Notes: a model not told the origin generated them from the sequence alone. Counted from the stretch's first letter, positions 18,868-27,626 are shown. The stretch: DNA of 37,412 nucleotides from a virus (IMGVR_UViG_3300035338_000003:1-37412), one strand, 5' to 3'. Translations and numbers: made by a program.

Positions 18868-19049
18868 CAGGTGTTGTCCTTCGCTTCTTTCTCCAGGTCC
18901 GTAAGATCGTAGCGAGCGCGCATGGTATATTTTTTGGGGTGGTCACTGGGGTCTGTGAAATCAGTCCACCACGTGCGCAATGCGAACACCTCCAAGCGCG
19001 TTTCCGCAGTGATGATCAGCGTACCGGACGCGTCGATTTCAGCGCGCAT
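18867..19049 (-). CDS. Hypothetical protein
   Basis: Translationally coupled small early gene MRAEIDASG... Confidence 0.6.
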   Translation of the reverse strand: MRAEIDASGTLIITAETRLEVFALRTWWTDFTDPSDHPKKYTMRARYDLTDLEKEAKDNT

Positions 19050-19285
19050 CACTTCACCCCCTGCTGCGCGGCGGGCCACGGTGCGTGCCAGTCGCCAACT
19101 TCACAGCCCATGTCCCGCCCGCTGGCGTAGCGCCATGCTTCGTTTAGGTACACCGCACTCCCGTCGTAGACGCAGGAAGGATCCGTCATGCCGCGCGAAG
19201 CCGCTTCGACAATGACACGCGTGCCATTTTTCGGCAGCGTCTCCGGCGTGCCGTCGTAGCGCGTCCACGTGATTACGGTTTGCAT
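19049..19285 (-). CDS. Hypothetical protein (DUF551-like signature)
   Basis: AAGGAG RBS; W..YDG...LP and terminal WHAPWP pattern. Confidence 0.65.
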   Translation of the reverse strand: MQTVITWTRYDGTPETLPKNGTRVIVEAASRGMTDPSCVYDGSAVYLNEAWRYASGRDMGCEVGDWHAPWPAAQQGVK

Positions 19286-19542
19286 GGGGGCTCCTTGGCT
19301 CTGGCGGCTTCAATGCATGTCTCAAGTTCAAGCCGACCAGCGCGCGACCAGTCGTTAGGCAACTCGCCTCGCGCCATCGCCAGGCGCGTTGTCAACGCGT
19401 CAGCCAGGAAGTCAAGCCTTTCCACCTCGGCGCGCAGGGCGTCGATCTCGTCGGCGGCGGAAAGCAGCATCGTTGGGTATCTCGGGTTTCCCTTTCCAGC
19501 AAATCGCGCCTCCATTCTCATGGATTCAGTATCAATGCCCAT
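19273..19542 (-). CDS. Hypothetical protein
   Basis: GGAGG RBS; AADEIDALRAEVERL motif common in early phage proteins. Confidence 0.65.
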   Translation of the reverse strand: MGIDTESMRMEARFAGKGNPRYPTMLLSAADEIDALRAEVERLDFLADALTTRLAMARGELPNDWSRAGRLELETCIEAARAKEPPCKP

Positions 19543-19912
19543 CGCCAGCCTCCTTCGTTATCTTCTCCGCCAGCGCCACGGGGCAGCCGGGGGCGTGGGA
19601 AGAGCCGATATCCACCAGGCAGTGGTCGCACCACCCACCAATTGTGGCGTTGCCAATGTACCCTCGCCTTTCCACCGCCCGCGCCAACTCGTCGCGCTGG
19701 GTGCGCAGGGCGTGAATCGCCATCAGCGCGGCATCGTTGTCCTGCGCACACCCAAGCTCGGCGCAGGTTTCGGCAAAGGTCTGGACAAGTATGTCGCGCT
19801 CGGCCTTCACGGCGGCGTAGTCGGCTTCTGCCTTGTTGCGCTGATCGCACAGCTTGTCGCACAGACTGCGCAGGGCATTGCATCCGTCGCATTCAGGCTT
19901 GCGCTTGCTCAT
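19532..19912 (-). CDS. Hypothetical Cys-rich coiled-coil protein
   Basis: AAGGAGG RBS; CDGC, WCDHC and HAPGCP motifs. Confidence 0.65.
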   Translation of the reverse strand: MSKRKPECDGCNALRSLCDKLCDQRNKAEADYAAVKAERDILVQTFAETCAELGCAQDNDAALMAIHALRTQRDELARAVERRGYIGNATIGGWCDHCLVDIGSSHAPGCPVALAEKITKEAGDGH

Positions 19913-20145
19913 ACCCCGGCCTCCTTGCGGGCGTGCGCCAGCGTCACGCGCCATTCCTGCTTCGCTTCCTTTGTCCAGAACGCGGTGTAGTGAACCTGCT
20001 CCACCTCGCACAGCCACTCCAGCGCCTCCACCCGCTCGCGCAGTTCAGACACAACGGGGCACAGGTTGGTGTCTCCGATCATGCACAGCGGCCTCGCGGG
20101 CATGACGGGCGTAGTGACGTGGCCTGCGGGTTGTTCAGCGAGCAT
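19909..20145 (-). CDS. Hypothetical protein
   Basis: AAGGAG RBS; coupled to the next gene. Confidence 0.6.
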   Translation of the reverse strand: MLAEQPAGHVTTPVMPARPLCMIGDTNLCPVVSELRERVEALEWLCEVEQVHYTAFWTKEAKQEWRVTLAHARKEAGV

Positions 20146-20148
20146 GGT

Positions 20149-20445
20149 CTACTCCTTCAACGCCGCTTCGAGCACGGCACGTATGTCTGACCACGACACG
20201 CGCTCTTCGGGCCAGGTTATGGCTTCCATAGCATCAGCCCCCCGCTCCACCATTGCGTCGGTGACGACCGGAGGGGCCATCAGGGTGCGCCACTGGTCTT
20301 CATCCATGATGATTAGTTCAAGTGGGCACATGCTTTGGTAGGTTGTCGCCAGCGGGTGGCGGACAGGCTCTTCGCTGTCCTCAAATTGTTCTTGCAACCT
20401 GACAGCGACCACGCCGCACAGCTTGCACACCGGTAAGTCGTTCAT
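20149..20445 (-). CDS. Hypothetical protein
   Basis: AAGGAG RBS; VTDAMVERGA...RAVLEAAL motif typical of small phage proteins. Confidence 0.65.
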   Translation of the reverse strand: MNDLPVCKLCGVVAVRLQEQFEDSEEPVRHPLATTYQSMCPLELIIMDEDQWRTLMAPPVVTDAMVERGADAMEAITWPEERVSWSDIRAVLEAALKE

Positions 20446-20523
20446 GCTTGCTCCTTGCCGGGTACAGGCCCCCGGCGGGGCTATCCGCTTACCCGGTCAC
20501 GACACTCGCGGGCGGGGTGGCTG

Positions 20524-22116
20524 CTATGCGGCCAGGACCTTCACGCAGGACATGTCGAGCGCGAAGGCCGTGCCCCATGCGCCGCGTGCTGCGTGCTCGC
20601 CCATTTCCTCGTCGGCCTGCTTCTGCGAAGTGATCCACCCGAGCAGCCGCCCGGCCTCCACGTTCAAGCGCCCCATCAGTTCCTTGTTGAACTTCAGGTG
20701 CATATTCCCGTTCATGTAGACCTTGGCGGCGAACAGGATGCCACCGTTGAAACGCGCTTCTCGCCATTCACCGGGGGTCCACTTCTCGCTCCGCAGGTCA
20801 GCATCGTTGATTCCGTCAAACCCAAGGTTGCGGGCAATGGTGCAGATGTCCTGCAAGAGCGACCAGCGCCGCCTGTCGGCATCCCAATACCAATCTTTAC
20901 CGTAAAAGTTTCCGTCGAGAATAAACCTGTAGTCCAGTGCATACTTGCCACCCTTGCCATTGTGGATGTCCCACCCGGTCATGGAACGCCACGAGCCGTC
21001 CTGCCAATGGATGTTGCTCTTGTACGGGATTGCAGACTTCTTGCAGGCCAGCGACTTGAACAGTTCGACGAGTTGGCTGTCGAAATATTTGTTGGCGTTC
21101 TTCACCACCCAAATGAGCACGGTGTAGACGTTGCTTGCGTCGAAATCGACGTGCGTTGAAGACATCAAGGTCTTCAACATGTCTTCGCGGGATTTGCTGG
21201 TGAGGCGAGATGTCACCTTGTCCAGATTGTTGAAGACCTCGTGCCAGTATTTGTTCTTCAGACCCTTGATCTTCTCTTTCAGCGCCGCCCGGATGGCATC
21301 GCGCTCGACGCCGATGTCCTTCAAGGTCTGCACGTCAAGCGCGGTGATGGCCTTGTACGAGTCGCAAAGCCGTGAAAGTTCGTCGTGGTACAGGATTTCC
21401 AGCGCCTCGACCAGGTTGCGCCCGGACACCATCGCCTTGTCCCGCAGCGTTTGGCCTTCGTGTTCGTCGAAGCTGGGGCCTTCGGAGAACTGGAACTGCG
21501 ACGCGAACCATGCCGCGAAGGGGTCCGTTTCGCTGGCTTGGTCGTATTTGCTGCTCCCGTGGTGCAGGCGAACGATGTCCACGATGGCGCGCGCGGAGCG
21601 TTCGGCGTCGAGAAAGTCCCCGGACCAAAGCACTTCTACCTTGAGGCCGCGTTCCGCGATGGCGTCCACGATATCGCGGTTCTCCTTCCAGCGGCGCGGT
21701 ATCACAAGGTACGCGCTGAAGAAGAACCCCTCCCGGATGATCTTACAGGTCCACTGCGCGTACTCGCCATATGGGGGGTTGCAGAAGATGGCCCGCACAG
21801 GCTTGTCCATCAGGCTTTGCAGCGTGAAGTCGCACCCCACGGGGAACACGTCGCCCGGCCACTCTTGGGTGAGGATGCTCGACTTCTCAACCGCCATGAG
21901 CTTCCGCGCGCATTCGCAGTGGTCGCGGAAGTACCGCAGGGCGCGCCCGTCGCCAGCGCCAATGTCGAGAATCCCATCCAAGACCTCGCGGAGGTGGTGC
22001 GGCACGCTCCACACGGTGGAGTTGATGCTGTCGGCGACAACGCGGAGCATTTCATCCGTGGTGGGATACCACTCGAAGTCTTGCCCGGCGTCTTTGATGC
22101 GTTGGAGAAGGCTCAT
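20524..22116 (-). CDS. DNA amino-methyltransferase with large C-terminal domain (DUF4942-type)
   Basis: QDFEWYPT, SAM-binding LDIGAGDG, catalytic CNPPY, C-terminal KVYMNGNMHLKF. Confidence 0.88.
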   Translation of the reverse strand: MSLLQRIKDAGQDFEWYPTTDEMLRVVADSINSTVWSVPHHLREVLDGILDIGAGDGRALRYFRDHCECARKLMAVEKSSILTQEWPGDVFPVGCDFTLQSLMDKPVRAIFCNPPYGEYAQWTCKIIREGFFFSAYLVIPRRWKENRDIVDAIAERGLKVEVLWSGDFLDAERSARAIVDIVRLHHGSSKYDQASETDPFAAWFASQFQFSEGPSFDEHEGQTLRDKAMVSGRNLVEALEILYHDELSRLCDSYKAITALDVQTLKDIGVERDAIRAALKEKIKGLKNKYWHEVFNNLDKVTSRLTSKSREDMLKTLMSSTHVDFDASNVYTVLIWVVKNANKYFDSQLVELFKSLACKKSAIPYKSNIHWQDGSWRSMTGWDIHNGKGGKYALDYRFILDGNFYGKDWYWDADRRRWSLLQDICTIARNLGFDGINDADLRSEKWTPGEWREARFNGGILFAAKVYMNGNMHLKFNKELMGRLNVEAGRLLGWITSQKQADEEMGEHAARGAWGTAFALDMSCVKVLAA

Positions 22117-22200
22117 TGTGACCTCTTGCTGTTGGGTGGCTGCGGCGACGATTCGCAGGGGGTGCGCGTCGCCGCAGCGTGGGCGGGGGGTTGGGGGGGG

Positions 22201-22377
22201 CTATTTCCTGCGTCGGCAGAAGGGGCACACGCGGAGCCTGGAGCTCGTCTTGCAGTGCGGGCACTCCTTCGCCTTGCTGCCGTCGGTCAGCGGTGCCATC
22301 TTGCAGGCCCCGTTAATCGCAGCCCAGTTCTTGGGCTTGCGCTTGGGACCGGCGTCGGCCTGCGGTTCGCCGGTCAC
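22201..22377 (-). CDS. Small Zn-ribbon protein (58 aa, not in the ORF track)
   Basis: GTG overlaps the upstream stop; MTGEPQ...ECPHCKTSSRLRVCPFCRRRK. Confidence 0.6.
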   Translation of the reverse strand: MTGEPQADAGPKRKPKNWAAINGACKMAPLTDGSKAKECPHCKTSSRLRVCPFCRRRK

Positions 22378-23198
22378 TGGAGCATGTCCTCGCTCGGAGC
22401 GGTGTCGTCGTCGCCGGGCATTTCGCCGTCCGGATCGTCGCCGGTGTCGGAGGCGGGCTTTTCCGGCAGGTCAAGCAGCGAAAGCTGGCGCTCCTGCTCG
22501 GTCATGGGGCGGCGCATGACTTCGGCGTGCGGCGGCGCGGCCTCGGTCCACACCATTTCCATGGTGTTCCAGTCCTTGAGGAGGTCGCAGTAGACTTCGC
22601 GCTCTTCCTTGCCGTCGCGATACAGCCGGGCGGCGTCCTTCGCCACCTTCTCCTGCTCCTCGATCAGGCGCTTGAAGTACTTCTTCTGCTGGTCAAGCTC
22701 ACCCTCGATCCGGGTGATCTCGCCCAGCGCGTCGGCCATTTCCTGCCCGTATTCGATCTTCTCGGCATCGGTGAGCGGCTGGGTGACGGTGATCGTCTCC
22801 TCGCGCACCCACGTGGTGTTGCCGCCGCCGGGCCGCGTCTTGGGGGTCCAGTTGTCGGGCATGTCGGCATAGGGCTCTTCGCCCTCGCCCAGCATCCTGA
22901 GCGGGTGCTGGCCGCAGCCGTCGCAGGGCTGCGGATAGCCGGGCATGTCGTCGCCGCAGTGGTTGCAGCGCATGCCGGGGGCCGGGTTGTCGCCCGCGCA
23001 CTTCGGGCACGACACGACGAGCTCGCCGTTGACCCAGCGCGCCGCCAGCGAGGCTGGCATGTGGGCGCAGGTCGTGCAGTCGCGGTGCTCGTCGGCAGTC
23101 GCTTCGATGTCCGCATCGGTCGCGCCGCCATCTTCGGGCAGCAGCGGCAGGGTGGGGGCCTGTTCTTCGGTCACGGTCGTCTGCTTGCGGGGGGCCAT
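22374..23198 (-). CDS. Zn-finger plus coiled-coil early protein
   Basis: AGGAG RBS; four CxxC pairs; acidic C-terminus ending RPMTEQERQLSL. Confidence 0.75.
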   Translation of the reverse strand: MAPRKQTTVTEEQAPTLPLLPEDGGATDADIEATADEHRDCTTCAHMPASLAARWVNGELVVSCPKCAGDNPAPGMRCNHCGDDMPGYPQPCDGCGQHPLRMLGEGEEPYADMPDNWTPKTRPGGGNTTWVREETITVTQPLTDAEKIEYGQEMADALGEITRIEGELDQQKKYFKRLIEEQEKVAKDAARLYRDGKEEREVYCDLLKDWNTMEMVWTEAAPPHAEVMRRPMTEQERQLSLLDLPEKPASDTGDDPDGEMPGDDDTAPSEDMLQ

Positions 23199-23209
23199 GG
23201 TGGGGTCTC

Positions 23210-24121
23210 CTAGGCGGTGGTGGTTTCGAGTTCGACAACGTTGATGTCGAAACTCGTGCACAGGGCGCGGAGTTGCTGCACGGCATCGCGCACGCGCCCC
23301 GCGTTGACGGCATCGTAAGTGGCGGTGATCGCCATGCGGCGAGGCGGCTTTGCGCCAGGCGTTACGGGCTGCATCACGGGGGCGGGCGCGGGAACGGCAA
23401 CACGCGGCGTGGTGATGTGCTCGTTGCGTTCACGCTGGGCCGCGCAGTAGGCGGTGACCTCAGCCAGCACATCGGCAAGCGGGGCACCCCCCGCGATCTG
23501 GTTCTGGAACATGGCGACCGGCACGGCGGTGCCGTTGGCGAGGTTCTGCGCGGCAAGGTGGTTTTCAACGGCCAGCGCACGGTCTTGCCGGGCGCGTTCC
23601 AGTTCCGCGATTTCGCGCTCTCGCTGGATGTGGCCGAGGATCATGGCCTCGACTTCGGCCTTGACCGTCTTGAGGGGGGTGGACTTGTTCAACCACGCGG
23701 CCTGAATCTGGATTTCAAGGCCGGGTACCTTGTGCTGATCCAGCGTGTCGCGAATCAGGAATTCGACCTCGCGCTGTTTGTCCGCACGCTGGCGCTCCTC
23801 GAATGCCTTGACCTGCATGTCCAGCCCGGAGCGGGCCTCCACGATGATGGCGGTGACCGCCTTGATGCGGTCCTCGAACTCTCTGATCGGGGCGCTGACG
23901 CGACGCACCGCCTCCTTGCGGGCCGTCTCCAGCTTGTCCTTGACCTTGTTGAGCGCGGCCATTTCGGACTTGATGGCGGGTACCTGGTCTTCGGTGACGA
24001 CGAGGCCCTGATACGGCTCGACAACGCCGCGCGCCCAGCGTTCCAGTTCTTCGATGTTCAGCGTGATGGACGGCAGGGTTTCGGTGATCTGCGGCTCGAT
24101 GATGCCGGTGGATTCGGTCAT
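23210..24121 (-). CDS. DUF1351-like recombination-module protein
   Basis: YQGLVVTED...AALNK...R.EA...P..EFE..IK and WLNKS motifs. Confidence 0.8.
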   Translation of the reverse strand: MTESTGIIEPQITETLPSITLNIEELERWARGVVEPYQGLVVTEDQVPAIKSEMAALNKVKDKLETARKEAVRRVSAPIREFEDRIKAVTAIIVEARSGLDMQVKAFEERQRADKQREVEFLIRDTLDQHKVPGLEIQIQAAWLNKSTPLKTVKAEVEAMILGHIQREREIAELERARQDRALAVENHLAAQNLANGTAVPVAMFQNQIAGGAPLADVLAEVTAYCAAQRERNEHITTPRVAVPAPAPVMQPVTPGAKPPRRMAITATYDAVNAGRVRDAVQQLRALCTSFDINVVELETTTA

Positions 24122-24123
24122 GG

Positions 24124-25134
24124 CTAGAAGTCCTCGGGCATGTTGCCCATTTGCTGGTTTGCGGTCGGCTTGTACTGGCCGGATTTGATGGAGGAGGTGA
24201 TCGCCAGCGCTTCGTCGCGGGTAAGCTGATTCACCGCTTCAAGCGTGTCGCCGGTGTGCTGGTTGCACAGGGTAAGCAGACCGGCAGCATCAAACCCGGC
24301 CGCCTTGGCAACATCATGCAGCGTCTTGAGTTGGGCTTGTGTCGGTGCCGGGGGCTGGCCGACAGACGCGGTGCTGGACGCCGTGGGCTGCTGGGCCTGT
24401 TGGGGATGCTGCGCCTGGCCCTTGGCGACGCCCGGAATGACTTCGGGCATGTCCTCGATGTCCTGCGTGAAGATGTCTGAGGCGGCAGTGGAGGTGAGCA
24501 CCGCGTCCACGAGGGCGCGCTTCTTCGCCATCTTGAGCACCGTGTTGTAGTAGTCTGCGGGGTTGTCGTGTTCGACGCGCTCGCCGTGGGTGCTGACCAT
24601 CCAGCGGCCTTCCGCGTCCTTTTTGGTGCCGAACTTGGAGCCCTCAAGGCCAGCCTTGTTGGCAGTTTCGCGCAGCAGTTTGGATGCGGCTGCCGGATCG
24701 CTACGGCGCGTGTCCCAATATGCCTTGGGCACGGCAACGCTCGTCACTTCGCCGTCTCCGGCGCGGAACCTGTACTTGCCCTCCATGGTGGAGCACAGGC
24801 CGACGCCGGACCCGACCATGGTTCCGGTGATGATGGATACGAGGCGCACGGTCACGCGGTACTCGCGGTGTCCGCCGGGCATTTCGCGCTCTTGAATGTC
24901 GTATTCTGGCGCGAGCCTGAACGTCATGGCCAGTTTCTCGGCCCCGGCTTTGAGCAGAGTAGGCTTGTCGCCGCAGCCGGGTATTTTCCCGAAGTGTTCG
25001 CCGTCCTTCATGACGGCCTTCATCACGTGCTGGATGTGGCCGACCTGCGCCACAAGGTCCGTGACGGGCATGTAGTTGGCCGGTGCCGGGGTGGCATGGG
25101 CAGTGGGCATCAGTTCGCTGGTTACCTGGGACAT
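24124..25134 (-). CDS. Putative single-strand annealing or recombination protein
   Basis: HFGKIPGCGDKPTLLKAGAEKL and NTVLKMAKKRALVDAVL...SDIFTQDIED motifs; beside the DUF1351-like gene. Confidence 0.65.
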   Translation of the reverse strand: MSQVTSELMPTAHATPAPANYMPVTDLVAQVGHIQHVMKAVMKDGEHFGKIPGCGDKPTLLKAGAEKLAMTFRLAPEYDIQEREMPGGHREYRVTVRLVSIITGTMVGSGVGLCSTMEGKYRFRAGDGEVTSVAVPKAYWDTRRSDPAAASKLLRETANKAGLEGSKFGTKKDAEGRWMVSTHGERVEHDNPADYYNTVLKMAKKRALVDAVLTSTAASDIFTQDIEDMPEVIPGVAKGQAQHPQQAQQPTASSTASVGQPPAPTQAQLKTLHDVAKAAGFDAAGLLTLCNQHTGDTLEAVNQLTRDEALAITSSIKSGQYKPTANQQMGNMPEDF

Positions 25135-25142
25135 GGCGGCTC

Positions 25143-25253
25143 CTATCCGAAGTCGGTTATGTCGTTGTTTTCAAGGGCAGCGCGGCGCATGGCTTCGCGC
25201 ATGCAAGGGGGCATGTCGTCGCAGTCGTCCGGCATGGGCGACCCGGGTATCAT
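25143..25253 (-). CDS. Small hypothetical protein (36 aa)
   Basis: ATGA coupling; MIPGSPMPDDCDD... Confidence 0.45.
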   Translation of the reverse strand: MIPGSPMPDDCDDMPPCMREAMRRAALENNDITDFG

Positions 25254-25327
25254 CGCCGCCCCCGGCGCGTGGCTCGCACGGAGGCCACGGTCAGCACGGC
25301 GAGGAGGAGAAGGGCGAAGGAGGTCAT
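25250..25327 (-). CDS. Tiny membrane peptide (25 aa)
   Basis: MTSFALLLLAVLTVASVRATRRGRR fills the gap with coupled start and stop. Confidence 0.4.
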   Translation of the reverse strand: MTSFALLLLAVLTVASVRATRRGRR

Positions 25328-25329
25328 GG

Positions 25330-25641
25330 CTACCCCCACATCCCGTGGTGTTGATCGACATAGCTCTCGCCGCACACGCGCAGCGCTTTCCCTGCCGTCA
25401 TGGGCGTCCAGCACTCGCAGTGCTGCCCCCCGTCAATGCGCACGATCACCTCGTCCAGCGCCAGGTCCACCCCGCCGTCGCGGATGGTCTGCACCACCTC
25501 TTTGCAGGCGATGGCGTCGCTGTCGTAGCCCATGCTGACGACGCGGTGGTGTTCGCAGTGCAGGCAGTTGTGGGGCAGGCTGTCCACGAACAGCAGGGCA
25601 GGCTCACGCTTGCGCGCGGGGTGGTTACGTGCGGGAGCCAT
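25330..25641 (-). CDS. Hypothetical Cys-rich protein
   Basis: CLHCEH, CECW and CGE motifs; coupled start. Confidence 0.6.
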   Translation of the reverse strand: MAPARNHPARKREPALLFVDSLPHNCLHCEHHRVVSMGYDSDAIACKEVVQTIRDGGVDLALDEVIVRIDGGQHCECWTPMTAGKALRVCGESYVDQHHGMWG

Positions 25642-25775
25642 CACATCACCCCGTCGATGTAGCGCCAGCCCAGGTAGCAGGCGTAGCTCCACGCCCACAC
25701 GATCAGCGCGGCCATGAGCAGGCCTAAGGCGGCTGGGATAAGGGCGGCGGCGAGAGCGTCGGTCAGGCGGGTCAT
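25641..25775 (-). CDS. Small membrane protein
   Basis: One TM segment ALIPAALGLLMAALIVWAW. Confidence 0.55.
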   Translation of the reverse strand: MTRLTDALAAALIPAALGLLMAALIVWAWSYACYLGWRYIDGVM

Positions 25776-25783
25776 GATTCCCC

Positions 25784-25930
25784 CTACGCCGCCACGAACC
25801 CGGCGGACTTGTAAAATTCCCACTGCGCCCGCAGTTCAGGCAGGGCGCGGCCAACGACACGGACCAGCAGGCACCCCCTGCGCATCACGGCGTACAGCGC
25901 GTGCAGCGCGGGATCGTAGCGGTAGCGCAT
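25784..25930 (-). CDS. Small hypothetical protein
   Basis: GGAGGT RBS; MRYRYDPALHALY... Confidence 0.55.
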   Translation of the reverse strand: MRYRYDPALHALYAVMRRGCLLVRVVGRALPELRAQWEFYKSAGFVAA

Positions 25931-25931
25931 G

Positions 25932-26330
25932 TCACACCTCCACCGCGTCGAGGGAGGCGAGGGCGTCGCGAAGTGCAGTCTTCCTTTTGCGCTCTTCACT
26001 GGTGCCAGCGTATGCATCCAGAGCCCGCGCCGCGCGCACTACCGCGAGAAGGGCGGGGGCCGCGTTGTGGAGGGAGGTGTGCAGCGCACAATTCGCGTCG
26101 CTCTCCGCAACAGAGCACGGCAATACTCCGGTTATGGTAAGTGCCATGCCTTCTGCTTGACGCATCCAAAACGTCGCGATGGTTTGTTGGTCCTGTGTCT
26201 GCATCTCTCCGGTGTACGGGGGGAAAATACCCGCCTTCCCCTGCGTCGCCTTTTTCGCCAGCGCGGTCAGCTTGTCCTCGATGTGCTGCGGCGTCTTCGG
26301 CATGATGTCGCCAATGTATTCGATTGCCAT
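25932..26330 (-). CDS. Hypothetical early protein
   Basis: GGAGG RBS; LTALAKKAT.G and HNAAPALL motifs typical of phage early proteins. Confidence 0.7.
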   Translation of the reverse strand: MAIEYIGDIMPKTPQHIEDKLTALAKKATQGKAGIFPPYTGEMQTQDQQTIATFWMRQAEGMALTITGVLPCSVAESDANCALHTSLHNAAPALLAVVRAARALDAYAGTSEERKRKTALRDALASLDAVEV

Positions 26331-26332
26331 GG

Positions 26333-26611
26333 CTACGCCGCCTCCTGCATCTTGGCGGCACACGCCGCGCGTTCTGCTTCCTTCGCAGCCAGCCATTCCT
26401 CGAATCCTGCCCGCAGCGCATCGACGCGCTCCGCGTAGCCGCTGCGCACCACCAGCCCGGTGAACACGGCAATGGCCTCGACACACACGCCGCTGGCGCG
26501 CTCCACGTCGTCTCCCCACACGCGGTAGCCGATGCTGATGTCCCGCACGTCGGTCACAACCAGTTTGTAGCGGGTGCTGCCTTTGCCGATGTTGGTCGTC
26601 ATGGTGCGCAT
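26333..26611 (-). CDS. Hypothetical early protein
   Basis: AGGAGG RBS. Confidence 0.65.
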   Translation of the reverse strand: MRTMTTNIGKGSTRYKLVVTDVRDISIGYRVWGDDVERASGVCVEAIAVFTGLVVRSGYAERVDALRAGFEEWLAAKEAERAACAAKMQEAA

Positions 26612-26665
26612 GTCTCCTCCTGTGTGGTGGGCCGGGGCATAGTCCAGACCAACCACATTCTTTGC

Positions 26666-26821
26666 CTAGCTATTGCGGCAAGCTTCCAGAGTGTGGCGCG
26701 CCTCGCAAAACCGTCTCCACATCCACGAATGTACGTCCCAACGCACGCCGCTGGTGCAACCAAAACGGTTCATGCGCTTGGCGGTAGCGGCCTTGCCGGA
26801 AAACTTCTTGTTGCTGGTCAT
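26666..26821 (-). CDS. First PL gene, small basic protein (51 aa, not in the ORF track)
   Basis: MTSNKKFSGKAATAKRMNRFGCTSGVRWDVHSWMWRRFCEARHTLEACRNS after an A-rich initiation region. Confidence 0.5.
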   Translation of the reverse strand: MTSNKKFSGKAATAKRMNRFGCTSGVRWDVHSWMWRRFCEARHTLEACRNS

Positions 26822-27037
26822 GATTTTTCCATTTTGTAGTAGGTTTTTGTGTAGGTCCTAAGCCAATCCCAGCCCTGTGGCCTTCGGTCTTGGTCTGGCT
26901 ACTCGCTTGGGCCGTCGGTTCAGGCCCTCCCTTTCGCCCCCTCGCTACTGACCGGCTGGGGCACCTTCGCCGCGCCCCCCTGTGCTACTCTGGCCCTCGA
27001 GCCGTGTTCGCTGGGTGGTGCGGCGTTGGTGATTTGG

Positions 27038-27088
27038 AGATTACATCGACGCAACGCGCAAGGCAACAAAAAACTTGCGCCGATGTAA
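27038..27088 (-). promoter_or_regulatory. PL promoter (TTGCCT-17-TAATCT) with operators OL1 (27041-54) and OL2 (27075-88)
   Basis: Operators TTACATCGACGCAA and TTGCGCCGATGTAA fit the palindrome TTRCRTCGAYGYAA also found at OR. Confidence 0.85.
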
Positions 27089-27099
27089 TAATGCGGCAT

Positions 27100-27130
27100 A
27101 AAAAAATCACCCCCCTGTGGTGGGCGGTGA
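27100..27130 (-). terminator. Terminator of the cI operon
   Basis: TCACC/GGTGA-closed GC stem followed by a T7 run on the minus strand. Confidence 0.75.
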
Positions 27131-27159
27131 CATGGCTGCGGTTTTTGGCCGGATGTGGT

Positions 27160-27618
27160 CTACGGCTGCGACAGCTTCATCTTGAGTTTGTTGGCCTTCT
27201 CTTGGGCGTCGCGCTGCTCGTCCTTGTTGTAGGCGTGCCCCCATGCGCTTTCAGACTTGTTCGCCCTGCGCTCATAGTATTTGGCGCGGTCCTGCTGGCG
27301 CTCCAATTCTTCTGCATCACGCTGGCGTTTTTGACTTTCTTCGCGCTCTCTCCATTCAGCATCTCGCACAGCGGCAGCACTTGCTGCACGTTCGCGCGCC
27401 TCCTGCTGCTGGATCGTCCGCGCCGTACCAGACTCAAAGGCGCGTTCCTGGGCAGCGCGACGCGCCTCTGTTTCCTCCGACGTCTCAACGCGGGGTGGAG
27501 TACGCTTGCCCCCGGTGATGATGATTTCGCCGCCTTGCCCCTTGGTGATGGTGACGTCTTGTGCCTGCGCCGGTCCCACCAGCGCGGCAAGCATCATGAG
27601 CGCCGCAATCCTTTTCAT
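27160..27618 (-). CDS. Secreted or periplasmic protein co-transcribed with cI
   Basis: GAGGAG RBS; signal peptide MKRIAALMMLAALVGPAQA; charged coiled coil. Confidence 0.75.
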   Translation of the reverse strand: MKRIAALMMLAALVGPAQAQDVTITKGQGGEIIITGGKRTPPRVETSEETEARRAAQERAFESGTARTIQQQEARERAASAAAVRDAEWREREESQKRQRDAEELERQQDRAKYYERRANKSESAWGHAYNKDEQRDAQEKANKLKMKLSQP

Positions 27619-27626
27619 GCTCCTCC

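Noticed and set aside
20469-20482. GCCCCGCCGGGGGC shared (inverted) with 37133-37146
   Set aside because: All-GC 14-mer in a GC-rich genome with no flanking similarity; probably chance
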